The notes under the pieces: model-generated
Database searches by the model: none
Told to the model about the DNA's origin: nothing
Seen by the model: the letters and a program-made list of their open reading frames with translations, nothing else
Source: Vicugna vicugna
Lineage: Eukaryota
Length of the DNA stretch: 64,000 nucleotides
Reading direction: 5' to 3'
Assembly (NCBI GenBank): GCA_013265495.1
Contig: MU058384.1
Location: 1,241,690-1,305,689 of the forward strand
Shown here: in pieces, positions 13,091 through 23,732 of the stretch
Numbering within the stretch: position 1 is the first letter of the stretch
How the letters are laid out: every line of letters starts with the position of its first letter
Position numbers and translations under genes: made by a program

Positions 13091-14749
13091 GAATGTGGAG
13101 AGTGCTATACCATAATGGAGTTCAAAACCATCCCTCTCACCCACACAGAAAATGAGCATGTTTTATTCAGCTCATCAACTTATGAGTCAGATGTTATAAC
13201 CAGATCAAAGAACATTTCAGAAACTAGCTAGAGAGAGACAATCTTAGGATAGAATTGGTGGGTAGGTACAAAACTGGTTCATGCCCAACAGGACCATAAG
13301 CCTTTGGAGTTACCTGTTCCACCTGGTAGAAATTATTTGCATCTCTACCATGCAAAAAGCTACATGTTAATGTGTAACTTGACAAAGCCTGAGATTTTAA
13401 TTAATAGTAAACAATGAGGTAACCTAAGTACATTCCCTTGGTTAACCCCTGGGTGGCCTTTGCTCCCATATGACATTTTTGCCTGATTCCTAACCTTCAG
13501 GTATTTCTTCTGAAGTACAGAGGACAGCACGTTCATCAGATGAGGTCAAGATGGGGCAGAGGCAAGCCTGACAATATCTGAGCTGAGATTTTGAAGGTAA
13601 GTGGAGGAAACACAACATAAGGATGGGCAGATAGGCATTCTAGGAAAGGGAAACCCTGTGACAACTTTATGCCCATCACTGTGCTAGTCTATGTTACCCA
13701 TCCACAGACTGGTAAATCACAAAACCAGTCTGGAAAAAGGTAGAAAACACAGAAGTTTCTTTCTTAGAATGCAGTGTAAAACTTGCCAGCTTTTGATAGG
13801 CATGGATTAACGAATAAACCCCTGGGGTGGCATTATTCGGAGTCTACGGGAAGACCAGGATGCCTGCACAAAGCCTAGGGCATGCCCGTTTTGGACCATG
13901 AGCTTAGAGGAAGCCCAAGAAAGAGAAAGAAGGGGGGGAAAAAGACAAAAAAAAACCCTCTCTAAATCAGCTGTTTACTAGCCACATGTGCTGCTTGTCT
14001 GAATCAGTTTGTGGTCTCTCACTTACTTTATTTAGAATTCTGTACATCTGGGTGTATTTTTTTTCTAGTGTTTCCTATCGTATCAGTGACAGAATTGCCA
14101 GTACAGAGGTATCCATAAATTATACTGCAGTCTAGTAGTTTCTAGTGTCTGGAAAGCTTGGAACAAAAGACTCAAATGCAAATGTGAGCTGCTTAATTCA
14201 GTGAGTATTTGTGATGTTACCCAGGTGCCAATGACATCTTTCTGACCAGCTCAGAGACACCAGGGACCAACCCAACATACATTTTTAATGTGCTCAGCTG
14301 TGACAGCCTATACACACAGAAGATCGTAAGGCCTTAAAGTCACCCTCCTGGAAACCGCTGCACTTTTAGGGACCCAGAAGAAACGGTTTAATTAATCTTT
14401 TTTTTCAGGGTAGCTTTTTTTGATATAAATTATGTACACTGAAAACCTGCCAATTATAGCAAATTAAGGGACTTGGCAAGTGCCTCCCTTGGAGGCAGAT
14501 GGTAAATAATATCCAGATTCTGACTTGAAATAGGACCAGAGATTAGCTGGTGCAAAATGTAAAAGCAATCCAGATATAAGAAATAAACAAATTTAATGTG
14601 AGCTCAAGAGGAGGGTTTTGGTTTAGCATAGACATCGTGATGTGATTCAAACAGATGACTCATTATCATTACGCATGTTTCCGTGAGATGAGCCTGTTCT
14701 TAGAACTCCTTTCTGTGATTCTTTGACGAACAATTACTTACTGTGTTAG

Positions 14750-14915
14750 CATGCAGGATGTGACCCAGATGCCTCAGTTTCCTCACCTATTCAATGAGCA
14801 TACAGCAGGAGGGTGAGAGTTTTCCATGACATTATCATGTCACGTGCTTAGCATGGTACTTGGCAGACAGTAAGTACTCAAAAATTTTAGCTGTTTTTGT
14901 TAGTGTTGTTACAAT
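14750..14915 (+). mobile_element. MIR SINE
   Basis: gcctcagtttcctcacct...gtgcttagcatggtacttggcagacagtaagtactcaaaaa. Confidence 0.8.
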
Positions 14916-14979
14916 ATGACTACCAAAGTAAATAACAACTCCCACACACCCCTACCTTTACCTCTTTGCCGAAAAGAAC

Positions 14980-15130
14980 AGCTAAAGCTTATGAGTGCTG
15001 ATTACGTGCCAGGGACAGTTCCGTCATTTTTCTTTTACAGAAAAGGAATGGTAGGATCAGAGAGTTTAAGCACCATGTCTTTGTTACGCAGGAAGTAAGT
15101 GATAGGTCCTGGAGTTAATTATCTTGACAC
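14980..15130 (-). mobile_element. MIR SINE
   Basis: tgagtgctgattacgtgccaggg...ttttacaga...tcagagagtttaag...aagtaagtgatag. Confidence 0.65.
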
Positions 15131-15375
15131 TCCATTGTCACTCAAAGACTAATGACCACTTGACCACTTGAAACCCACAGAAATCCTGAAACTTAAAATC
15201 TTCAGTTGATAGATCTTTAAAAGTGCTAGAAGGGCTCTTTATAGATCAAAGTGGAGGTAATTTTCTGAGGTTAAGGTAAGACAATAAAAAGTTGGTTCTC
15301 TGTTCACCTTTTTAATCCTTCAGACTCAGTTTGCTTCTGGTTTGAGTTGCTGCAGCAAGGAGGATTCACAGCTTA

Positions 15376-15714
15376 TGCTATGGTCTGAATGGTTATGTCT
15401 CCTCAAAGTTCATGTCCTGAAACCCTAACTTCCAGAGGTGGCGGTATCTAGAGTTTTTGGAGGTGATTAGGTCAGAAGGGATTAGTGCCTTTGTAAAAGG
15501 GACCCCAAAGAACTCCCTAGCTCCATTCACCATGTGAGGTCACAGCAAAATAGACAGCTGTCCGTGGAGCATCAGGCGCACATCAGACAGTGACTCTGCC
15601 GGCACCTTGACCTTGGACGTCCCAGCCTCCAGAGCTGTGACAAACACATTCCTGTTGTTTACAAGCCACCCAGGCCATGGTATTCTGCTATAATCGCCCC
15701 AATGGGGTAAAATG
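15376..15714 (+). mobile_element. MaLR solo LTR, MLT1A/MLT1A0-like, perfect 5-bp TSD
   Basis: tgctatggtctgaatg...ggaggtgattaggtca...gggattagtgcc...ccatgtgagg...cccagcctccagagctgtga...aagccaccca. TSD GCTTA at 15371-15375 and 15715-15719. Confidence 0.92.
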
Positions 15715-18079
15715 GCTTATATGCCTAATAACTAGATTTAGGTTTTTTTCATTAATTCACCACATAAATCATTTAGAATAATTACTAGGCTCAGTTAACA
15801 ACTCACACTTTGAGGGAAAGGTATAGGAAAGAAATGGGGAGACACCAACTGGATGACAAGGCAGGAGCAGAAACAGAAGAGGTAAATCTGCAGAGCTACC
15901 AGGGCCGGCCTACCCCCTGCAACTCTCAGAAACCACCCCCAGTATCAGCCAGTCAAAGACCAGAATCTTCCTGGAGTCTGAAGTCACAGATAGGACAAAC
16001 TCACTCAAGTGCATGTTCGTCATGTAATTCCTGTTCGCCTAGGTTGCTAAAATTAGGGCATGACTCAATCATCATACACCATTACAGCTATTTTCAAGGT
16101 TATAAGTGATGCGACGCACCGGCACTGATGCAAAAGCTTAGCCCAATTAGCTTCTGCAGACGCTTTTCCTGCAACAGGGCTCTGTTTCCTAGGAGCCTTC
16201 AATCTAATTACAAGGCTTGATTCTCCCGCAGGGTCTGCCTGGCCGGATGATTTCATTTTACTTTTAGGCTAACCTTTGCCATCAGTGATGTCACCAGAGT
16301 GTTCCTTCTCTTGAAAGGCTCCTAGGAACACACTAAAAGGTTAATTTGTTTGATATTTGGTTAAGAGCCTTCTCTACTGGAGGGGCCTTGTTTTGCTGTA
16401 GGCAGGTAATAGTACAAAGCAGGCCTCTTCAGAAGAACGCAATTTGCACCCAGCCAGCACCGACATGGCTTTATGCACTAACTACCCAGGAGCCACTCAG
16501 ATGGAAAATCACTGCTGAGAAAGAAGTCAGTGGATCCTTTCTGCAATTCAGATTGTTCACTCCAGAAGACTTTGCAAATTTCCTAGTGTTTTTCCTCTCA
16601 AAAAATAAAATAAAATAAATTTTTAAAAAATGAGCTACAAACAGTAGCTCACTAGAAAATGTAACCAGTTATGCCACAGATAAAAATTGTGTTCAATCAT
16701 CTTAAATGTTAGAAAAATTAAAGCAAAAAGCTCAAGTAACTCAAATGTAGCAATTCCATCATTATTATTCCCAAACTTGAAGTGTATTAACCACCTATGG
16801 AGATGCTCTCCACACCCTGCTCCCCACCCCGCTCCCCACCCATCCTGTCCCTAGTGAGCACAGCCCTTGTTGTGCCCACCTGCAGCCATCCGCAGTGCTC
16901 GCCCTTACTACAATAGCCATTCTGACTGTGAGGGTGGGAACCAAGCCAAAGCCACCAAGTGAGAAACTACAAATCATGACAACCTAACATTTTTTATGAG
17001 TTACAAAATGATAAACAACTGACAGAAAAATTTTCTTCACTTACTAATATCATTCAAAATAAAGACCTTAACTTTATCTTTTCTTCTTAACTCAACCCTT
17101 AGTATTCTTTTTATATACCAGGGCTTCCCACAACACCCCCTCTGCTTTTCAATAGCATGGTCTAAATCATTATTTTTGTTTAATTAAATAAAACCTCATC
17201 TCCTCTCTATCTACAACATTTCAATTTCTATTATTTCACAGAATAATGGAAAAACCTTTACAGCATAATGAGAGAATTTGAAGCATGTTATGAAATCAGC
17301 ATATGAAAGCAGCAAAAGAAAAAGTGTAGGACTTCTACAACAAAGAATAACATGGTCTATGGTCAAATTTGGCAAAACAATAAACCATATGGACAGAATG
17401 CACACAGACCTACACAATACACCCTGAATACAAGCTCACATTAAATTAGAAAGCTGCAACACAGGGTAAATGAAAAAGAAAAATCACCCCATTCAACAGG
17501 TTATAAATATATAAGACTTGTTGTCAAAGTGTTATTTTGGCTGAAATTTAAAAAATAAATATCTTTAGATAAGTTTGGAAATAATAAAGTAAAAGTTGAT
17601 TGTTGAAAGTCTGTGTAAAAATGCCACATAACAGAGTGAAGCTAGTCACATCATTTCCATTTTCCATTCTGCCTTCTCAAATGAGTAATCTTTAAAAAAG
17701 GAATTAAAGGGAGAAAATCATTATTAGCAGCAATCATAAAGATGTACAACTGAAAGTAATAAACATTAATAAGTAAAGAAACTTAAATGAAGCAGTAGAA
17801 AATTCTAGAATAAGGCAAAGAAGTATGAGTAACTTAATTGGATTCTAAACTTTCACTAATATTGTAGAAACACAATGCTCTGTCAATAACATACAGATGA
17901 CTTTCAACAACACTGTCAAAGTTTGGAGAAGCAAACTTAATTTTTGTTATTCTTCTAACTGACAAGCAGTGGAAATAGCTCCTATGAGGGATGATGAAAA
18001 GGAAGAAATGTAAAAAAAAAAAAAAAAAAGGAAATAGTTAGGTTTTCAGGGTTCACAGTGAAAAGAAGCTAATCTAAAT

Positions 18080-19290
18080 GGAAATGAAAAGACAACCTAT
18101 GGATGGGGAGGAAATATTTGCAAACAATAGCAACTGACAAGGACTTAATTTCCAGAATATACAAACAGCTCATGCAACTCATTAGCAAAAATATAAACAA
18201 CCCAATCAAAAAATGGGCAGAAAACCTAAACAAACATTTCTCAGTGAAGACATACAAATGGCCAATAGGCACATGAAAAACAGCTCAGTATCACTAATTT
18301 TATTAGACAAATACAAATCAAAATTACAATGAGGTGTCACTTCACATCAGTCAGAATGGCCATCATTTAAAAGTCAACAAACAATAAATCTTGGAGAGGA
18401 TGTGGAGAAAAGGGAACCCTCCTACACTGCTGGTGGGAATGTAGTTTGGTGCAGCCAATATGGACAACAGCATGGAGACTCCTTAAAAAACTAAAAACAG
18501 ACTTATCATATGATCCAGCAATCCCACTCCTGGACATATATTCAGAGGAAACTCTAATTTGAAAAAATAAATGCACTCAATCTTCGTAGCAGCACTATTT
18601 ACAATTGTCAAAACATGGAAGCAACCTAAATGTCCATCAACAGATGACTGGATAAAGAAGATATGTGTGTGTGTGTGTGTGTATATATACACATACTCAC
18701 ACACATATACACACACACACATATATATATATTCACACACACATACATATACACAATGGAACACTACTTGGCCATGAAAAAGAATAAAATAATGTCATTT
18801 GCAGCAACATGAATGGACCTGGAGATTGTTATACTAAATGAAGTAAGTCAGAAAGAGAAAGACAAACACCATATGATATCATTTATATGTGGAATCTAAA
18901 AAAAATGACAAAATGAACTTATTTAAAAGTAGAAACAGACTCAGACATAGAAAACAACCTTGCGGTTACCAGGGAGAAAAGGGAGGGCTAGAGGGATAAA
19001 TAGAGAGTTTGGGATTTGCAGATACTAACTACTATATATAAAATAGGTAAACAGCAAGGTCCTACTGTATAGCACAGGGAATTATATTCAGTACTTTGTA
19101 ATAGCCTATAAAGAAAAAGAATATGAAAAGGAATATATATATATATATATATATACATATATATACACACACACAGACATATATAATGTATAACTGAATC
19201 ACTATGCTGTACTCTAGAAATTAACACACTGTTGTAAACCAACTATACGTTAACAATGTAAAAATTATAAAAAAACAAAAAAAATACAAT
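18080..19290 (+). mobile_element. Older, decayed 5'-truncated LINE-1 3' end (cetartiodactyl-type 3'UTR)
   Basis: Homologous to 20760-21490 (e.g. cacactgctggtgggaatgtagtttggtgcagcc; gcagcactatttacaat). It has premature stops/frameshifts, the ORF2 terminus tgtggaatcTAA at 18897-18899, a 3'UTR with (TA)n and an A-rich tail near 19260-19290. Confidence 0.93.
18661..18754. repeat. Compound (TG)n-(TA)n-(CA)n microsatellite inside the older L1 ORF2
   Basis: Replaces the short 'atgtggtatatttatacaatgg' stretch seen at ~21325 in the young L1. Confidence 0.9.
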
Positions 19291-19966
19291 AAAATCCTAA
19301 TATATATATTGCTTAGAGAAAACCATGGTTTAAGATATTCAGCACAACCTCAACTTAGTTCATTTTCATCAACCATGCTCTCAAATTGTAGCTACAACAA
19401 AAACAGATATCAACCACAGAGGGAAAGGAGTTAAAAAAAAAAAAACTGCTTGCATTTTATCAGTAAAATCAGCAAACCAGGTAATCTGCACCAAATAGTT
19501 CACATTAAGTATAAGTAAGACTAAAGGAACCCACGTGCCAACAATTCAAAGACATTACAGGAGGAAAACTCAATCAACAGATAATTAGTAAAAAACAGGG
19601 GAAAGGTGTCCAAATTAAAAAAAAAAAGTATGAAGAAAAGCACAGCAAAAGGGAAGAAAAGACCCATAAATGCACTGTGCTAGAGCAAAATGTAATAAGA
19701 TGACTGATTTTAAAAAAGAAAATGGAAAAACCTGAAAAGAGAGCACCCAGGATTAAGTAAAACCGATGTCCCAAGTAACATTATGAAACACAATAATAAA
19801 TTTTAAACAAGAAGAAATAGAATAGACAAGCTAAAAATAAAATATCTATCCTAAATTAGCAGTTTTTATAATCAGAACAGTACAGAGAATGCCAAAAAAA
19901 AAAAATCGAAAGATGAAGTGAGCAAGAAAGAAAGGTACAAAGAAGGATGAAACAAAAGGAAGAAAG

Positions 19967-21813
19967 TAGCACCCAAAGTAATAAAATACCTAGGAATAAA
20001 TCTAACCAAGGAGGTGAAAGAATTATACACAGAAAACTATAAACCATTGATGAAGGAAATTAAAGAAGACTTCAAAAAATGGAAAGATATCCCATGCTCT
20101 TGGATTGGAAGAATCAATATTGTTAAAATGGTCACACTGCCCAAGGCAATCTACAGATTTAATGCAATCCCTATCAAATTACCCAGGACATATTTCACAG
20201 AACTAGAACAAATCATAATAAAATTTATATGGAACTATCAAAGACCTAGAATTGCCAAAGCATTACTGAAGAGAAAGAAAGAGGCTAGAGGAGTAACTCT
20301 CCCAGACTTCAGACAATACTACAGAGCTACAGTCATCAAGACAGCATGGTATTGGTACAAAAACAGACATATAGACCAATGGAACAGAATAGAGAGCCCA
20401 GAAATGAACCCACAAACTTTTGGTCAACTAATCTTCGACAAAGGAGGCAAGAATATACAATGGAATAAAGACAGTCTCTTCAGCAAATGGTGTTGGGAAA
20501 ACTGGACAGCAGCATGTAAAACAATGAAGCTAGAACACTCCCTTACACCATATACAAAAATCAACTCAAAATGGATCAAAGACTTAAACATAAGACAAGA
20601 TACAATAAACCTCCTAGAGGAAAACATAGGCAAAACATTATCTGACATACATTTCAAAAATTTTCTCCTAGAAGAAATAAAAGCAAGAATAAACAAATGG
20701 GACCTAATGAAACTTACAAGCTTCTGCAGAGCAAAGGAAACCAGAAATAAAACAAGAAGAAAACCTACGGAATGGGAGAAAATTTTTGCAAGTGAAACCG
20801 ACAAAGGCTTGATCTCCAAAATATATAAGCAGCTCATACGACTCAATAAGAAAAAAATAAACAACCCAATCCAAAAATGGGCAGAAGACCTAAACAAGCA
20901 ATTCTCCAAGGAAGACATACAAATGATCAAAAAGCACATGAAAAAATGTTCAATATCACTAATTATCAGAGAAATGCAAATCAAAACTACAATGAGGTAT
21001 CACCTCACACCAGTCAGAATGGCCGTCATTCAAAAATCCACAAATGACAAATGCTGGAGAGGCTGTGGAGAAAGGGGAACCCTCCTACACTGCTGGTGGG
21101 AATGCAGTTTGGTGCAGCCACTATGGAAAACAGTGTGGAGATTCCTCAAAAGACTAGGAATAGACTTACCATATGACCCAGGAATCCCACTCCTGGGCTT
21201 GTATCCAGAAGGAAATCTACTTCAGGATGACACCTGCACCCCAATGTTCATAGCAGCACTATTTACAATAGCCAAAACATGGAAACAGCCTAAATGTCCA
21301 TCAACAGGTGACTGGATAAAGAAGATGTGGTATATTTATACAATGGAATACTACTCAGCCATAAAAACCGACAACATAATGCCATTTGCAGCAACATGGA
21401 TGCTCCTAGAGAATGTCATTCTAAGTGAAGTAAGCCAGAAAGAGAAAGAAAAATACCATATGAGATCGCTCATATGTGGAATCTAAAAAACAAAAACAAA
21501 CAAACAAACAAAAACAAAGCATAAATACAGGACAGAAATAGACTCATGGACAGAGAATACAGACTTGTGGTTACCAGGGGGGTAGAGGGTGGGAAGGGAT
21601 AGACTGGGATTTCAAAATTGTAGAATAGATAAACAAGATTACACTGTATAGCACAGGGAAATATACACAAAATGTTATGATAAATCACAGAGAAAAAAAT
21701 GTGACAATGAGTGTGTATATGTCCATGAATGACTGAAAAATTGTGCTGAACACTGGAATTTGACACAACATTGTAAAATGATTATAAATCAATAAAAAAT
21801 GTTAAAAAAAAAA
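19967..21813 (+). mobile_element. Young 5'-truncated LINE-1 (ORF2 3' part + 3'UTR + poly(A)) with 13-bp TSD
   Basis: Uninterrupted ORF2 frame to the stop at 21486. The 3'UTR has (AAAC)n, a G-rich tract, AATAAA at 21791 and an A-tail at 21804-21813. Direct repeat AAAAGGAAGAAAG at 19954-19966 and 21810-21822. Confidence 0.97.
20014..21486 (+). CDS. LINE-1 ORF2p C-terminal fragment (end of RT/thumb region through the C-terminal CCHC domain); lacks endonuclease and the RT catalytic YADD, so non-autonomous
   Basis: 490-aa ORF with L1 ORF2 motifs [45 protein letters not shown] and [18 protein letters not shown] (21052-21105). The frame is open from the L1 junction at 19969 ([15 protein letters not shown]). 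The track start is a GTG, not a true initiator. Confidence 0.93.
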   Translation: MKELYTENYKPLMKEIKEDFKKWKDIPCSWIGRINIVKMVTLPKAIYRFNAIPIKLPRTYFTELEQIIIKFIWNYQRPRIAKALLKRKKEARGVTLPDFRQYYRATVIKTAWYWYKNRHIDQWNRIESPEMNPQTFGQLIFDKGGKNIQWNKDSLFSKWCWENWTAACKTMKLEHSLTPYTKINSKWIKDLNIRQDTINLLEENIGKTLSDIHFKNFLLEEIKARINKWDLMKLTSFCRAKETRNKTRRKPTEWEKIFASETDKGLISKIYKQLIRLNKKKINNPIQKWAEDLNKQFSKEDIQMIKKHMKKCSISLIIREMQIKTTMRYHLTPVRMAVIQKSTNDKCWRGCGERGTLLHCWWECSLVQPLWKTVWRFLKRLGIDLPYDPGIPLLGLYPEGNLLQDDTCTPMFIAALFTIAKTWKQPKCPSTGDWIKKMWYIYTMEYYSAIKTDNIMPFAATWMLLENVILSEVSQKEKEKYHMRSLICGI

Positions 21814-23639
21814 GGAAGAAAGGAGGAAGGAAGGAAAGAAGGAAGGAAGACAACGTTCAGCATATATTAAGATGAGCCTATATAAGACAACTGGCTTCTT
21901 TGAAAAACGAAGTTCATCTGTAAAACCAGAAACATAATAGAGGATATGAAACAAAATTTCCATTAACAGGTAAAAAATAAATAAAGATAAAGAGAATGCT
22001 CTCTAATCCAGGCAAAATTAATTCAGAACTCTCAAAGCCAAAATATCCTAGTTTATTATTGAATTTCAAAAGTAAAAAAAAAATCTTTCCAGGCTACCTC
22101 CAGATAACCCAAATTACACACCAGGAGATAAAATCAGGAGCTACTGAAATTCTCCACAGCATCCTATAAAGCTAAGAGATTAGCAGAAAAAGTCTACAAA
22201 GTTCTGAAGAAAATGTGCCACGTGAATCAGGAATCCAGCCAAGTTTCAAGTGTAAAGGTAATAAAAAGGGTATTTAGAACCAGACAAGAACTTGGAAATA
22301 CAGTATCTGAATGAATGATGTTTTGGAGCTACAATAAGCCACTGGGATACACTGTACTTGTGTCATTTTTAAATAGAAGAGTATTTTAAGAGAATGAGAT
22401 TGAGTTGAGTTTGAGTAGCAGAGAGAAGTTTCTTGTAATCATGAAGGATGGATAATATGAAGGCACTCGAAGCTGGTGGCAATACAAAAGGAAGGGAAGA
22501 GACACATTCATGTGTATAATACAAAGTTTGCAAACAATAGTAGCTAAATTGTTATTTTTTTGCATGTGCACATCTCTCAGCTTCACAGAAGATTCAGCTA
22601 TCCCAGCATGTTAAATAACACTTTATATTTGTATACATTTTATTTTCATTTTTGTCACTTTCTAAAACTTGTTTGTTGCTAAAATATTTGCAAGTCAAAT
22701 TATAATACTTTTTCCTTCCAGAGATTTAAAAATTTATGCAACTTAGAATTGGTAATGTAATTTATACAAAATAATTGGAATATCCATTATAACTTGTGAA
22801 AATTGATAAAAAGTTTGAGTATTATTCCATTTCTATTCATGCTTTAAGGTTTAAAATGCCATATTTTAGAATGGAAATTCTGGTAACTTTATTGCCTTTT
22901 TATTGTATTTCTGATGTAATGCCATACTAACCAGGCCCCTGAGGAATTAACCTAGTTTTGTATGGGGTAAATAGGTACATTAATAGTCTCTGTAGAAAAA
23001 TTCACTTTTATAAGAGTCTATGGATTCAGCGTTTATACATCAATAAGGGTGCTGACTGATGCACTCAGTATTCTTACACAACCTAATTTCACCCACAGCT
23101 GCCCTTTTTGTAGTAAGGCTATTTTAACTCTTGATCCCAGAATGCAGAATTTAGCTTTCCCACTGATTTCTAGGAGAAATTTACTCATACAAAGTATTAC
23201 TGGGGGTTGCAATCTTCAAGGAGGATCTGGGTGCCCAGGGTGGTAGGTCACATCTTACACTAAGCCTGTCTTTCTCTTGCTCACCTTCCTGCCACTCTCT
23301 TCTTTTTCTCTTTTTCCCATAGATTCCCAATCTTTACCCTCTGATTTATAAACAATAGCTCCCTTTGAACATTGGAGCCCACCTGCCAGCCCAGTCTAGA
23401 TGTGATGACTGTTTCATCAAAGCGTATTCTTACAAAGGTGGGGTCTCCCAAAGAATTCTCGGGGCATAGGCAAGGGGAATACCACTCTCCTATAATGTGG
23501 CACAGAGTTAAACGTGGAGAACTTCACCTGTGGTCAATATATATACATAAAATCCATCTTTTAGAAATTCATTCAGGAAATATTCAGTAAAGGCCTTCAT
23601 TTCTCTGTTCTCCTGTTTTCCAACTCTAACTACACATGT

Positions 23640-23732
23640 GAAGCCCAGGCACCGTGTGTGTGTGTGTCTGTGTGTATTGTATACTAAGTTCCCCAAGCAA
23701 TCCTACTGGGCAGTCAAGGTTGAGAACCACCC
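23640..23732. mobile_element. MER5-like hAT transposon end
   Basis: aagttccccaagcaatcct...caaggttgagaaccac resembles the MER5 terminus. Confidence 0.5.

Larger units (their letters stand above)
19540..22320 (+). mobile_element. Ancient ORF1-type L1/HAL1 remnant, split by the young L1
   Basis: Very A-rich decayed sequence on both sides of the young L1. The 22140-22310 part (ttctccacagcatcc...gtctacaaagttctgaag...ccagccaagtttcaagtgtaaaggtaat...caagaacttggaaaatacag) resembles the recalled L1/HAL1 ORF1 C-terminal region. Confidence 0.55.

Noticed and set aside
13501..13596. 96-nt exon-like segment (cttcAG ... AAG/GTAAGT)
   Set aside because: Stops in all three frames, and it overlaps probable L2-derived sequence.
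13878..13887. p53 half-site GGGCATGCCC
   Set aside because: Only one good half-site, with no adjacent second RRRCWWGYYY.
14750..15130. Inverted MIR pair (also 48270-48650) as a dsRNA or hairpin gene
   Set aside because: The copies are too diverged and only partly overlapping, with no extended complementarity visible.
20424..20984. 186-aa minus-strand ORF (and minus-strand ORFs at 18069-19242 and 21470-21766)
   Set aside because: Antisense to L1 ORF2/3'UTR. Hydrophobic F/L/S-rich antisense frames are an expected by-product of the A-rich L1 coding strand.
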